A program made the position numbers and the translations under genes. Below are positions 1 to 11,802 of a stretch of DNA of 64,000 nucleotides, one piece after another (the stretch's first letter is position 1; each line of letters starts with the position of its first letter). Origin of the DNA: an uncultured Geminicoccaceae bacterium (GTDB lineage: Bacteria > Pseudomonadota > Alphaproteobacteria > Geminicoccales > Geminicoccaceae); the NCBI GenBank assembly GCA_964460465.1, contig CAYWSB010000001.1:14577-78576 (forward strand), in the 5' to 3' direction. Below the pieces are notes generated by a model, which was not told the DNA's origin, ran no database searches, and worked only from the letters and a program-made list of their open reading frames with translations.

Positions 1-34
1 GGAGCTGGATTGGCGCGGGCTCTGGGCACGTGAC

Positions 35-712
35 ATGGAGCTGGCCTTGACCCTGGCGCGCGACGACCCGGCGCTGCCGCCGATCGAGGTGATCGGGCAG
101 GTGCGCGACGGGCTCCTCACCATCCCGGCCTTCCGCTACGAGAGCGAACGCGGGCTGATCGAGGCCGGCATGGCCCTGGCGACCCGCCGCGGCACGCCGA
201 TCGCCGAGCTGGCCATCGACCTCGCCGCACAAGGGCTGGATATCACGACGGTGCTGGAGGCCGCCGGCGTCGATCCGGAAGCGATGACGGGTGGCGTGGA
301 TCTGGAGGCGCGACTGCTGTCGTCGGGGCGAAGTCTCCGCGCCATGGTGGCCAACCTGCAGGGGCGGGTGGGGTTCGTCATGTCGAGCGGCAGGCTCGGT
401 GCGAGTTCGGCTGCCGATGGCGGTATTCCCGTCGATCGCCTCGCCGGCACGCTGGAGGTCGAGCGGGGCGTCGTGCGGCCCCTCGCCGGCGGCATCACCT
501 TCGCGGGCCCGGACGGCACCGGGCGCGTCGACGGCTTCGTGGATCTCCTGAACTGGATGGTGGAGCTGCAGCTGGCAATCGACGGGCGGGCCGGCGATCC
601 GCTGGTCCGGCAGCGATTCTTCGGGCCCCTGGGCGAGGTGTCGACCCTGCCACCCGACGATCCCGCCGTCGCCCTGGAACCCGAGCCGTCGCAAGGCGCA
701 CCGGCAGACTGA
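35..712 (+). CDS. hypothetical protein; the frame is open back to position 2, so the true 5' end may lie upstream of the window
   Basis: 225-aa ORF with G/C-dominated third codon positions; no family motif recognised. Confidence 0.4.
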   Translation: MELALTLARDDPALPPIEVIGQVRDGLLTIPAFRYESERGLIEAGMALATRRGTPIAELAIDLAAQGLDITTVLEAAGVDPEAMTGGVDLEARLLSSGRSLRAMVANLQGRVGFVMSSGRLGASSAADGGIPVDRLAGTLEVERGVVRPLAGGITFAGPDGTGRVDGFVDLLNWMVELQLAIDGRAGDPLVRQRFFGPLGEVSTLPPDDPAVALEPEPSQGAPAD

Positions 713-727
713 CGGCCGTTGGCGGTC

Positions 728-1423
728 CTATTTCCGGGCGGCGGCCCCGGCGCCTCGCGTCCCCTTGCGGCGGAGCAGACCGGCGCCCGGGAGATCGCGC
801 ATCAGACCCTGCATCTGGCCGCGCAACTGGCCGATGCGCATCACGTCCTCGATCCGCCGATCGAGAAAGGCCCAGGTCTCCTCGTTCTCGGGCGAGATGT
901 CCTCGAGCCAGTAGAGGACGGTCGTGATCAGCACTGTGGCAAGCGTCACCCGGCGGCTGTAGCGGCTCAGGCCCTGCTCACGTGTCGCGGGGAAGCCGGC
1001 GGCGTCCCAGATCTGGTCGACCGTCCGCCAGAGCGCCTTGCCGGCAGTGCCGAGATTGGCGGGGTTGCCGCGGATCAGCGCCGCCCGGCGCATCGCCTCC
1101 TTGTGGTCGTCGAGGACCTCGATGCGGGTCCGCACGAGCCGCGCGATCCGCTCGCGCACCGGCAGGCGGGCGAGTTCCTCGGGATCGATCGCGCCCAGCA
1201 TCCGCCGGTCGGCCCAGTCGCCGAGCCAGGCCAGGAGGCTGTCGCCGCCCTGCGGGAACAGGCGCCGCGCCGTCGCCGCGTCGAAGCCGGCGTCGGCTGC
1301 CGCCTGCAGCAGGGTCCGCCGGCTCCACCCGTCGAAGGCCGCATGGACGAGGGCGGCCTCCAGGATCCGGTCCTTCTGGGCGACACGCTCCGCCATGGCA
1401 TCACCGGTCGCAGCTTCCGTCAT
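728..1423 (-). CDS. COQ9-like / 'rpsU-divergently transcribed' family protein
   Basis: All-helical protein of the type that sits near and divergent from rpsU in alphaproteobacteria, as here. Start taken at ATG 1423 (AGGAAG upstream), overlapping the def stop by 23 nt. ATG 1396 is an alternative. Confidence 0.6.
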   Translation of the reverse strand: MTEAATGDAMAERVAQKDRILEAALVHAAFDGWSRRTLLQAAADAGFDAATARRLFPQGGDSLLAWLGDWADRRMLGAIDPEELARLPVRERIARLVRTRIEVLDDHKEAMRRAALIRGNPANLGTAGKALWRTVDQIWDAAGFPATREQGLSRYSRRVTLATVLITTVLYWLEDISPENEETWAFLDRRIEDVMRIGQLRGQMQGLMRDLPGAGLLRRKGTRGAGAAARK

Positions 1424-1982
1424 CGCTTCCTGCACCTTCGGCTTTGGACGTCTGCTCCGCAAGATAGGCGGCCAGGGCGCCGACTTCACCATCGAAGGCG
1501 AGATGCCGCGGATCGCCGAGGCGGTGGGTGTAGAGGATGCCGTCCAGATGGTCGACCTCGTGCTGCAGAATCCGTGCGAACAGCCCTTTGGCCTCGCGCT
1601 CGATCGGCCGGCCGCGTGCATCGGTCGCCTGCAGCCCGACGGCAGCGTGCCGGGGGACCAGACCGCGCAGCCCCGGGATCGAGAGGCAGCCCTCGAAGGC
1701 GAGCTCGCTCGCCTCACCGACCGGCACGAGCCGCGGGTTGAGCAGCGCGAGCGGCTCGGCCGCGCGGTCGACGGCACCATCGGCGTCCGGGACGTGGGCG
1801 AGCATCACCCGCAGGCCGGCATAGACCTGCGGGGCGGCGAGCCCGAGGCCGCGGGCATCGGCCAGGGTCTCGCGCATGTCGGCGAGCAGGCCCGCGATCT
1901 CGGGCGCCTGCGGATCGGTGACGACGGCGGCGGGCCGCAGCAGCACAGGCTGGCCCAGAAGGGCGATCTTCCGCAAGGTCAT
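1401..1982 (-). CDS. def: peptide deformylase
   Basis: [17 protein letters not shown] and QHEVDH (HEXXH) motifs; ATG at 1982 inside the longer track ORF 1401..2153. Confidence 0.9.
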   Translation of the reverse strand: MTLRKIALLGQPVLLRPAAVVTDPQAPEIAGLLADMRETLADARGLGLAAPQVYAGLRVMLAHVPDADGAVDRAAEPLALLNPRLVPVGEASELAFEGCLSIPGLRGLVPRHAAVGLQATDARGRPIEREAKGLFARILQHEVDHLDGILYTHRLGDPRHLAFDGEVGALAAYLAEQTSKAEGAGSDDGSCDR

Positions 1983-2151
1983 GGCAGTCGACTCCATCAT
2001 TGCCGCAGGTCGCGACCGGCACCGCGACGGGGACTTGCCGAAAACGCGCCTTTGCCGTAGAAGGCCGCCCAGCCCTTTATCGAGGGAACCCCTATTGTTG
2101 TCCCGGTTCTGCGCCGCGCAGGCCGGGCCGAACGCGTACAGGAGAGCGGTC

Positions 2152-2358
2152 ATCGTCGAGGTTCAGGTTCGCGACAACAATGTCGATCAGGCTCTGCGCG
2201 CGCTCAAGAAGAAGATGCAGCGCGAGGGTCTCTATCGCGAGATGCGCATGCGCCGGCACTACGAGAAGCCGTCCGAGCGGCGTGCCCGCGAGAAGGCGGA
2301 GGCCATCCGCCGCTACCGCAAGCTGATGCGCAAGCGGGCCGAGCGCGACGAGGTCTGA
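2152..2358 (+). CDS. rpsU: 30S ribosomal protein S21; start codon uncertain
   Basis: [48 protein letters not shown] is a typical S21 sequence. GGAGAG at 2141-2146. No ATG/GTG/TTG at the expected N-terminus (see findings). Confidence 0.85.
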   Translation: MVEVQVRDNNVDQALRALKKKMQREGLYREMRMRRHYEKPSERRAREKAEAIRRYRKLMRKRAERDEV

Positions 2359-2507
2359 GCTACGGCCGGGTCCGCGAGGCGGCCCGGTCGAGGCACCCGC
2401 AACGTTGGCTTGGCGACGATGCTCGTCCGGATCCGGATCACCGGGCGAGCATGTCTCTTCCGGTGATTTTCTGTTCGCACCGTCGTCGCGCCGATCCGCT
2501 CCGCCGG

Positions 2508-3086
2508 CTACTCGGCAGGGATGCGGGAGAAGCCGTTTCGCATGTAGGCGATGATCGCCCATATCTCGTCGTCGGTCAGCGCGTTCTTGAACGCCGGCAT
2601 CTCCGTGTCAAAGGCCGCGCCGCCCTCCGCGATCGCCCACAGCAGATATTCGTCGCCGGCCATCGGCCTCTGCACCAGGTAGGTGAGCAGAGCGGGCGAC
2701 GGGACTAAGCCGCGACCTTCTGATCCGTCACCGTAGCCGATCTCGCCGTGGCAGCGGGCACAGTGCGCCGCGTAGGCGTCCGCCCCCTGCGCGATCGCTT
2801 CCGGGCTCCGCTCGAGCGGGCTGACCGCACCGCGATAAGTGGCGGGCACCTCCTGGTTCATGAAGGTCCAGTGGCGGAGCATGCGCTGGTGCTGGGTGAC
2901 GCCCATCATGCCCGGATCCCAGCGATCCCGCTGACTGCCCTCCGGCCACATGCGCTCCCAGTCCGTCGTGCGCGGCCCCCACCAATCCTGCGGCCCCGGC
3001 TCGCGCTGCTGTGCTGCCGTGGTCGATGGGGCGGCCCAAGCCGCGACCGCGACGACCAGAGCCATGGCGACCAGTGCTTTGGACAT
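2508..3086 (-). CDS. secreted class I c-type cytochrome with an N-terminal extension
   Basis: CARCH (CXXCH) heme motif, distal Met region (EMPAF), signal peptide MSKALVAMALVVAVAAWAAP, AGGAGG 6 nt before ATG 3086. Confidence 0.8.
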   Translation of the reverse strand: MSKALVAMALVVAVAAWAAPSTTAAQQREPGPQDWWGPRTTDWERMWPEGSQRDRWDPGMMGVTQHQRMLRHWTFMNQEVPATYRGAVSPLERSPEAIAQGADAYAAHCARCHGEIGYGDGSEGRGLVPSPALLTYLVQRPMAGDEYLLWAIAEGGAAFDTEMPAFKNALTDDEIWAIIAYMRNGFSRIPAE

Positions 3087-3197
3087 TCTCGACCTCCTGC
3101 CTGCCAAGACGCCGAGCATCGGCTGTCGCCGCCGCACCTGCCATGACCTGGATCAAAGCCGGCGGGACGACCGCGCGCAACAACGGCGCTCGTGGCG

Positions 3198-4565
3198 TCA
3201 AGCCGGCAGCTGGAGCTGGTGCGCCGCCAGCGCCTCGGCCTGACGCTTCTCGAGGGCAGCGACGTCGAAATCACCCACGAGCGCCATGAACATCCGGTGC
3301 CAGTTGATCTCGGCGTTCAAGTGGAGGAACACGGAGCCGAGCCCGATCGCCGCACGGTCCATGAAGACGAACTCCCGGGGCGGCGTCACGCCACCGACCT
3401 CCTTCAGCCGGCGATGGACCTTGCCGGCGACCTCGCGGCCCTCGCGGCCGGCATTGGTCTCCTGGATCAGCCGCGGCCGATCCTCCATGAGCGGGCCGTA
3501 GAGGAAGGCCGCCCACTGGTTGAGGACGTCGATCACCTCGTTGGTGAGGCCGGAGAAGCCCCAGCTTTCGTAGGCCTGGACGGCGAGGTCGCGATCGTTG
3601 CGCATCAAGGCCCAGAAGAGGTCGATGACGCCCTTGACGAAGCGCGGCGGGAAGAGCCGGACGCAGCCGAAATCGAGCAGGTTGATGTCGAGATCGGGGC
3701 GCACCGTGTAGTTGCCGAGATGCGGGTCGCCGTGGATGACGCCGAAATTGTAGAAGGGCACGTACCAGGCACGGAACATGTTGAGCGCCAGCCGGTTGCG
3801 GGTCTCGGCGTCGGCGGCCTTGAACGAGAGGAGCTTTTCGCCCTCGAGCCATTCCATGGTCAGGAGGCGTCCGGTCGAGAGCTCGTCCAGCACCGCTGGC
3901 ACGTGGATGTGCGGCTCGTCCTTCAGGATGGTGCGGTAGAGCCCCATGTTCCGGGCCTCGTGCGCGTAGTCGAGCTCCTCGTGCAGCCGAGCGGCGATCT
4001 CCTCGTAGATGCGGTCCGGGTTGATCGCGCGGTCGTAGCGGCGATAGATCGCGAAGATGAACTTGAGCTGCGAGAGATCGGCATCGACCGCGGCCGCGAT
4101 GTTCGGATACTGCAGCTTGCAGGCGACCGTCCGGCCGTCGTGCAGCTCGGCCTTGTGCACCTGGCCCAGCGACGCCGCGGCCGAGGGCTCGAGCGGGAAG
4201 TGGGCGAAGCGCTTCTCCCAGTCGGCGCCGAGCTCGGCCACCATGCGGCGGCGGACGAAAGGCTTGCCCATGGGCGGCGCATTCGACTGGAGCTGCGCCA
4301 GCTCGGCCGCGTACTCCGCCGGCAACGCCTCGGGGATGGTGGCCATCATCTGCGCCACCTTCATGAGCGGCCCCTTGAGCCCACCCAAGGCCTCGCGCAG
4401 CTCGGATGCCTGCTCGAGGCTGTCGCCACCGCCGGTCATGCGCCGGCCGGCGAAGCGTGCGGCCGCGGCGCCCACGGTGGTCGACACCTGGGCGTAGCGG
4501 CGGAAGCGGCCGCCGAACGAGCTTTCCGAGTTGCGCCGGTCGCCGCCGGCGGGGCGATCGCTCAA
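3198..4565 (-). CDS. ABC1/UbiB-family atypical protein kinase
   Basis: KVAQMMATIPEALPAEYAAELAQLQ, AAASLGQVHKA, HGDPHLGN and LLDFG motifs typical of ABC1/AarF kinases. TTG start overlaps the pepF stop (TTGA). Confidence 0.85.
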   Translation of the reverse strand: MSDRPAGGDRRNSESSFGGRFRRYAQVSTTVGAAAARFAGRRMTGGGDSLEQASELREALGGLKGPLMKVAQMMATIPEALPAEYAAELAQLQSNAPPMGKPFVRRRMVAELGADWEKRFAHFPLEPSAAASLGQVHKAELHDGRTVACKLQYPNIAAAVDADLSQLKFIFAIYRRYDRAINPDRIYEEIAARLHEELDYAHEARNMGLYRTILKDEPHIHVPAVLDELSTGRLLTMEWLEGEKLLSFKAADAETRNRLALNMFRAWYVPFYNFGVIHGDPHLGNYTVRPDLDINLLDFGCVRLFPPRFVKGVIDLFWALMRNDRDLAVQAYESWGFSGLTNEVIDVLNQWAAFLYGPLMEDRPRLIQETNAGREGREVAGKVHRRLKEVGGVTPPREFVFMDRAAIGLGSVFLHLNAEINWHRMFMALVGDFDVAALEKRQAEALAAHQLQLPA

Positions 4566-6460
4566 GCTTGTGCTCCCATCGCTCGCGGCTCGGCCCCGTC
4601 GGCGTCCAATGCCGTCTCCAGCTCTGCGATATAGTCTTCGAGCACGGACAGACCACCGGCCCAGAACGCCGGATCACTGGCATCCAGGCCGAAGGGTGAG
4701 AGCAGTTCCTTGTGGCGCAGCGTCCCGCCCGCTTCCAGCATCGCGAGGTAGCGCGGCTCGAAGCCCTCGGGCGCCTCCTCGTAGCGCTTGTAGAGCGCGT
4801 TCACCAGGCAGTCGCCGAAGGCGTAGGCGTAGACGTAGAAGGGCACATGGACGAAATGCGGGATGTAGCTCCAGTAGGCGCGGTACTCGTCGGGATAGTT
4901 GAACGCCGGGCCGAGGCTTTCCTGCTGCACCGCCATCCAGATGTCGCCGAGGTCGTCCGGGGTGAGCTCGGCTTCCTTGCGGGCATCGTGGACGCGCCGC
5001 TCGAACTCGCAGAAGGCGATCTGGCGGACCACCGTGTTGAGCATGTCCTCGACCTTGCTGGCCAGGAGCACCCTGCGCTCGACCGGGCTCGCGGCTTGTC
5101 CGAGGAGGGCCCGGAAAGTGAGCTGCTCGCCGAACACCGACGCGGTCTCGGCGAGGGTCAGCGGTGTGCCGGCCAGGAGCAGCCCCTGCTTGGCCGCGAG
5201 GAGCTGGTGGACGCCGTGGCCGAGTTCGTGCGCCAGGGTCATGACGTCGCGCGACTTGCCCTGGAAGTTCATGAGCACGTAGGGGTGCACGCTCGGCACT
5301 ACCGGATGACAGAAGGCCCCGCTGTCCTTGCCCGGACGGACCTCTGCATCGATCCACCTGCGCACGAAGAAGCGATCCACCATCTCCGCCAGCCTGGGTG
5401 AGAAGGTGCGGTAGGCGTTCACCACCACCACCTTGGCATCGTCCCAACTCCGGCGCTGGTCGCTGTCCTCGGGCAGGGGCGCGTTGCGGTCCCAGAACTC
5501 GAGCTTCTCCAGCCCCATCCAGCGGGCCTTGAGCGCGTAGTAGCGGTGCGACAGCCGTGGATAGGCGTGGCGGACGGCCGTGATCAGCGCCTCCACGACC
5601 TCGTCCTCGACCTGGTTGGCGAGATTGCGCGAGGAGATCGGGCGCTCGAACTTGCGCCAGCCGTCCTCGATCGCCTTGTCCTTGACCAGCGTGTTGGTGA
5701 TGCGGGTGCAGAGCCGGATGTTCTTCGCCAGCACCCCGCTGATGGCCGTCGCGGCGTCACGCCGGACCGCGCGGTCCTTGGCCGACATCTTGTCGAAGAT
5801 CTGCGCGCTGGTCAGGTCCTCGCCGCGAAACGGGAAGCGCAGGGCCGACATGCTCTCGTCGAACAGCCGGACCCATGCGCTGCGGCCGGTCACCGAGCGC
5901 TCGTGCAGGACCTTCTCGATCTCATCGGAAAGCTGGTGCGGACGGAAGGCGCGGACGTTGTCGAGCCAGGGCTTCAGGCTCGCCAACTTGGCCGACTCCT
6001 CCAGCCTTGCGGTCAGGATCTCGTCCTCGACCCGGTTCAGCTCGAGGGTGACGAACAGGAGATGGGTATTGATGGCGTTGACCCGCTCCTGCACCGCCTG
6101 CAGAAAGCGGCCGATCTTGGCATCGTCCCGGTTCGCGGCGTGATTGAGCGAGGCGAAGGCGTAGACCCGGCCGATCGACTCCTGCAGCGCCTCGTAGCGG
6201 GCGAGCATCTTGGCCAGATCGTCGCCGCTGCGCTCGGCGAGAGTGCCGGAATAGGCCTCGGCAATGGCCTGGGCTTCCGTGGTCGCAGCGGCCAGGGTGA
6301 CCTCGATGGCGGGATCGTCCAGCCCGGCGAACAGATCGGAGAGGTCCCAGGTCGGTGCCGCACCCGCTGCTGCACCGGACCTCCCCGATGCGGCCTCGGC
6401 CGGGGCCGCCATCGTTCCTGCCGGCTCCGCCGTAGCGCGGAGCGGCTCTGCATTCATCAT
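4562..6460 (-). CDS. pepF: M3-family oligoendopeptidase F
   Basis: HELGHGVH zinc motif, about 630 aa, GGGAAGAGGG ribosome-binding site before ATG 6460. Confidence 0.85.
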   Translation of the reverse strand: MMNAEPLRATAEPAGTMAAPAEAASGRSGAAAGAAPTWDLSDLFAGLDDPAIEVTLAAATTEAQAIAEAYSGTLAERSGDDLAKMLARYEALQESIGRVYAFASLNHAANRDDAKIGRFLQAVQERVNAINTHLLFVTLELNRVEDEILTARLEESAKLASLKPWLDNVRAFRPHQLSDEIEKVLHERSVTGRSAWVRLFDESMSALRFPFRGEDLTSAQIFDKMSAKDRAVRRDAATAISGVLAKNIRLCTRITNTLVKDKAIEDGWRKFERPISSRNLANQVEDEVVEALITAVRHAYPRLSHRYYALKARWMGLEKLEFWDRNAPLPEDSDQRRSWDDAKVVVVNAYRTFSPRLAEMVDRFFVRRWIDAEVRPGKDSGAFCHPVVPSVHPYVLMNFQGKSRDVMTLAHELGHGVHQLLAAKQGLLLAGTPLTLAETASVFGEQLTFRALLGQAASPVERRVLLASKVEDMLNTVVRQIAFCEFERRVHDARKEAELTPDDLGDIWMAVQQESLGPAFNYPDEYRAYWSYIPHFVHVPFYVYAYAFGDCLVNALYKRYEEAPEGFEPRYLAMLEAGGTLRHKELLSPFGLDASDPAFWAGGLSVLEDYIAELETALDADGAEPRAMGAQA

Positions 6461-6638
6461 CCCTCTTCCCTTCGAGCCTGGACAAGCGAGATATATGCCC
6501 TGAAACATGGAGGTCCAGCGGACCTTTGGCCCGGGTGACCAGCCGGGATGACCGCCGAGACAACCGGGAGGCATCGTCGACGGTCGGTGTGACACGCCCC
6601 GACCAGCATCCGTCGACCCGCAGCGATCAAGAGGATAC

Positions 6639-8435
6639 ATGGCCGACGTAGCCTTCGACACCAACCTCCTGGCAATGTTCCAGAACCACGCCGCGCGCGA
6701 GGGCGACAACCCGTTCCTGTGGGAGAAGGTCGACGGCGTCTACCGGCCCTGGTCCTGGCGACGGGTCGCGGACGAGGCTCAGCGCCTGTCGCGGGCGTTC
6801 CGGCAGCTCGGCATCGAGCCCGGCGACCGGGTCGTGCTCGTCGCCGAGAACCGGCCCGAGTGGTGCGTGGCCGATCTGGCGGTGCTCGGGGCGGGCGGCA
6901 TCACCGTGCCGGCCTACACCACCAACACCGAGAAGGATCACGCCTACATCCTCAACCACGCCGAAGCCAAGATGGTGATCTGCTCCGGGCGCAGCCTCGC
7001 CAAGCGGCTGATCCCGGCGATCAAGGAGGCGCCGAGCGTCAAGACGCTGCTGTTCATCGAGCCCCTGGCCGAAACCGGCGAGCTGCCGGTCTCCGCCATC
7101 AGCTGGGCCGACGCGCTGGCCCTCGGCGACCGCGCGCCGGCGCTCGATCTGGCCTCGTCGATCGCGCCGGACGACGTCGCCTGCTTCATCTACACGTCCG
7201 GCACCGGCGGCACGCCCAAGGGGGTCATGCTCTCGCATCGCAACATCATGTGCAACCTCGAGGGTGCCTACGAGCTGGTGAAGCGGCTCGGGCTGGGCAC
7301 TCGCGAGCGCTTCCTCTCCTTTCTGCCGCTCTCGCACAGCTACGAGCACACGGCGGGCCAGTTCTTCCCGATCTCGATCGGTGCGGAGATCTACTACGCC
7401 GAGGGGGTCGAGACGCTCTCGACCAACCTGATCGAAGCCAAGCCCACGATCCTCACCTGCGTGCCCCGGCTCTACGAGGTGCTGCGGCAGAAGATCCTCC
7501 ACGGCGTGGAGCGTCAGGGCGGCATCAAGAAGAAGATGTTCGAGCTGGCGGTCAAGCTCGGCACGAAGCGCTACGAGCAGGGTGGCAGGCTCAACCCGCT
7601 CGAGGGTGCCGTCGACGCGGTTCTCGACAAGCTGGTGCGAACCAAGGTCAACGAGCGCTTCGGTGGGCAGTTGAAGGCGATGGTCTCGGGCGGCGCGCCC
7701 TTGAACTACGATGTCGGCATGTTCTTCGTGGCCCTGGGCCTGCCGGTGCTGCAGGGCTACGGTCAGACCGAGGCGTCGCCGGTGATCAGCGCCAACCCGC
7801 CGGGGGCGGCCCGCCTCGACACCGTGGGCCCGCCCTTCACGGGCGTCGAGCTCAAGATCGCCGAGGACGGCGAGATCCTGGTCCGCGGCGACAGCGTGAT
7901 GCGCGGCTACTGGAAGGACGAGGAGACGACCGCCCGGACCATCGTCGACGGCTGGCTGCACACTGGTGACATCGGGGTGATCGATTCCGACGGCTACCTC
8001 AAGATCACCGACCGGAAGAAGGACATCATCGTCAACTCGGGCGGCGACAACGTCTCGCCGCAGCGCGTCGAGGGCATCCTCCTGCTCGAGCCGGAGATCG
8101 GCCAGGCGTTCATCTACGGCGACAAGCGGCCTTACCTGGTGGCGCTCATCGCCCCCGACGCGGATGCGGCGAAGGCCTATGCCCGCGAGAACGGCAAGTC
8201 CGCCGACATGGCCGAGCTCGCCCAGGACCCGGGCTTCCGCCAGCGGATCGCAGAAGCGGTGAAGCGGGCGAACGCCAGTCTCTCGGCGATCGAGCGCATC
8301 CGCAAGTTCGAGATCATGAGCGAGCCGTTCACGGTCGACAACGGCCTCATGACCCCGACCCTGAAGCTGCGCCGGCCGATGATCACCGAGCGCCACGGCG
8401 AGCTGCTCGAGAGCCTCTACGCCGCCGGGCGCTAG
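6639..8435 (+). CDS. long-chain fatty acid-CoA ligase (AMP-dependent synthetase)
   Basis: YTSGTGGTPKGV AMP-binding motif, GYGQTE, TGDIG..D..GYLKITDRKKD motifs. Confidence 0.85.
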   Translation: MADVAFDTNLLAMFQNHAAREGDNPFLWEKVDGVYRPWSWRRVADEAQRLSRAFRQLGIEPGDRVVLVAENRPEWCVADLAVLGAGGITVPAYTTNTEKDHAYILNHAEAKMVICSGRSLAKRLIPAIKEAPSVKTLLFIEPLAETGELPVSAISWADALALGDRAPALDLASSIAPDDVACFIYTSGTGGTPKGVMLSHRNIMCNLEGAYELVKRLGLGTRERFLSFLPLSHSYEHTAGQFFPISIGAEIYYAEGVETLSTNLIEAKPTILTCVPRLYEVLRQKILHGVERQGGIKKKMFELAVKLGTKRYEQGGRLNPLEGAVDAVLDKLVRTKVNERFGGQLKAMVSGGAPLNYDVGMFFVALGLPVLQGYGQTEASPVISANPPGAARLDTVGPPFTGVELKIAEDGEILVRGDSVMRGYWKDEETTARTIVDGWLHTGDIGVIDSDGYLKITDRKKDIIVNSGGDNVSPQRVEGILLLEPEIGQAFIYGDKRPYLVALIAPDADAAKAYARENGKSADMAELAQDPGFRQRIAEAVKRANASLSAIERIRKFEIMSEPFTVDNGLMTPTLKLRRPMITERHGELLESLYAAGR

Positions 8436-8519
8436 GGCGGTCCCTTCACGCGGTCTCTTGCTGCCGGGCGCCGATCGCGCCCCCGCGCCCCAAGATGGGG
8501 CTCGGAGGGCGCTCAGCGT

Positions 8520-9251
8520 TCATCGGCGGCCTGCCGCCGCGCCCGGGTCGAGGGCCGGTCCGAGGTCGTGCTGGGCCACGTCCAGAAGCTCTCGCATGCG
8601 CTCCCTGGCCGCGTCGGGATCGCGCAGGCGGATGGCTTCAAGGACCTCCCTGTGCGCGTCCAGAGTCCGCTCATAGGCGGCGCTAAGCCCGGTCGACAGT
8701 CGGAAACTGGCCTCGAGGGCAGCGCCGATGGTGGCGATCAGGTGGCGGAAGACGACGTTGCCGCTGGCCTTGATGATGGCAGCGTGGAAGGCGAGGTCGG
8801 CGCTGCAGCAGGCGGCGAGATCGCCCGGCAGATTGGCGGCCATGCCGAGATAGCCAGCCTCGATCGCCGCGAGATCGGCGGCGGTGGCGCGTTCCGCCGC
8901 CATCGCCGCGGCGGCGGGCTCGATTACCCGACGCGCTTCGAGCAGCGAGCGGACCAGGGCCGGGTCGTCGTGCAGTCCGCCCTGCCGCCAGCTCAGCACC
9001 TCGGGATCGAGCAGGCTCCAGTCCTCGGGTGCCCTGACGATCATGCCGAGCCGCGGCCGGGCCTCGATCATGCCCTTCGCACAGAGGAACTTCACCGCCT
9101 CTCGCACGCTCGTCCGGCTGACCCCGTAGAGGCCCTGCAGCGCCTCCTCGTTGGGCAGCCGGTCGCCCGGGACGTAGGTGCCGCCGAGGATTGCCGCTCC
9201 CAGCTCCTGCACGACGCGGTTGTGCACCCGGGCGCGCGTGCCGCCGCTCAA
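8520..9251 (-). CDS. GntR-family (FadR-type, FCD domain) transcriptional regulator
   Basis: wHTH segment LPNEEALQGLYGVSRTSVREAVKFLCAKGMIEARPRLG followed by a helical FCD-like C-terminus. TTG start at 9251 overlaps the permease stop (TTGA). Confidence 0.8.
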   Translation of the reverse strand: MSGGTRARVHNRVVQELGAAILGGTYVPGDRLPNEEALQGLYGVSRTSVREAVKFLCAKGMIEARPRLGMIVRAPEDWSLLDPEVLSWRQGGLHDDPALVRSLLEARRVIEPAAAAMAAERATAADLAAIEAGYLGMAANLPGDLAACCSADLAFHAAIIKASGNVVFRHLIATIGAALEASFRLSTGLSAAYERTLDAHREVLEAIRLRDPDAARERMRELLDVAQHDLGPALDPGAAAGRR

Positions 9252-10245
9252 CGATCGCCGCTCCGGCGCATCTGCGCTTCCTGGATGATGACCGCCACGA
9301 TCAGCAGCGTGCCCTTGGCGAGGAGCTGGTAGAAGGTGGGCACGCTGGTCAGGATCAGGCCGTTGTTGAGCACGCCGATGATCAGGACGCCCAGCAGCGC
9401 CCCCACGATCGTGCCCTTGCCGCCCTGCAGCGCACAGCCGCCGAGGATGGCCGCCGTGATCGCCTCGAGCTCGAGCCCCTGGCTGCCGGAGGCCGGCTGG
9501 CCGGACATGGTCCGCGACGCCATGACCATGGCGGCGAGCCCGGCGGCGGTGCCGGACATGGCGTAGATGGCGATCTGGTAGCGGCGGATCGGCAGGCCGG
9601 CCAACCGCGCCACGGTGGGGTTGCCGCCGATGGCGTAGATGTTCCGGCCGATCACCGTCCGGCTCATGAAGATGCCGAAGCTGACCAGGACCGCCAGCAG
9701 GATCCAGATCGGCACCGGGAGATAGAGGACGACGCCGCTGCCGATGAAGCGGAAGGCGTCGTTGGTGATGCTGACCGAGCTGCCGCCCGAGGTGATGAAG
9801 GCGAGGCCCCTGAACACCGCCATGGTGCCGAGCGTGGTGATGACGGCGTTGATCCGGCCGTAGGTGATCAAGAGGCCGTTGACCAGCCCCGCGAGGCAGC
9901 CGGCGAGCAGCGCCGCGCCGATGCCGGCGCTGGCGAGGCCGGTCTCGGCCATGGCGATGGCGGCGCACATGGTCGAGAGCCCGACGATCGAGCCCACCGA
10001 GATGTCGAGGCCACCCGAGACGATGACCACGCACTGCGCCATGGCGAGGATGCCGAGCACGGTGATGGCGAGGCCGATGTTCAGGAGGTTCCGGGGGAGG
10101 AAGAAGACGTCCGAGCGGATGGTGCCGAAGATCGCGACCAGGATGAGCAGCGCCAGCAGCAGGCTCAGGTTCTGCGCCCCGATGCGGGCGAGGATGGTTC
10201 GGCCGGGCATGGCCGTGGCCCCGGCGGTGGCGGTGCCCTCGAGCA

Positions 10246-10246
<1 letters not shown>
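9248..10246 (-). CDS. sugar ABC transporter permease (RbsC/AraH type)
   Basis: Multi-TM protein with the typical GGxDLSVGS segment (SGGLDISVGS). ATG overlaps the ATPase stop (TGATG). Confidence 0.85.
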
Positions 10247-11795
<1,549 letters not shown>

Positions 11796-11802
<7 letters not shown>

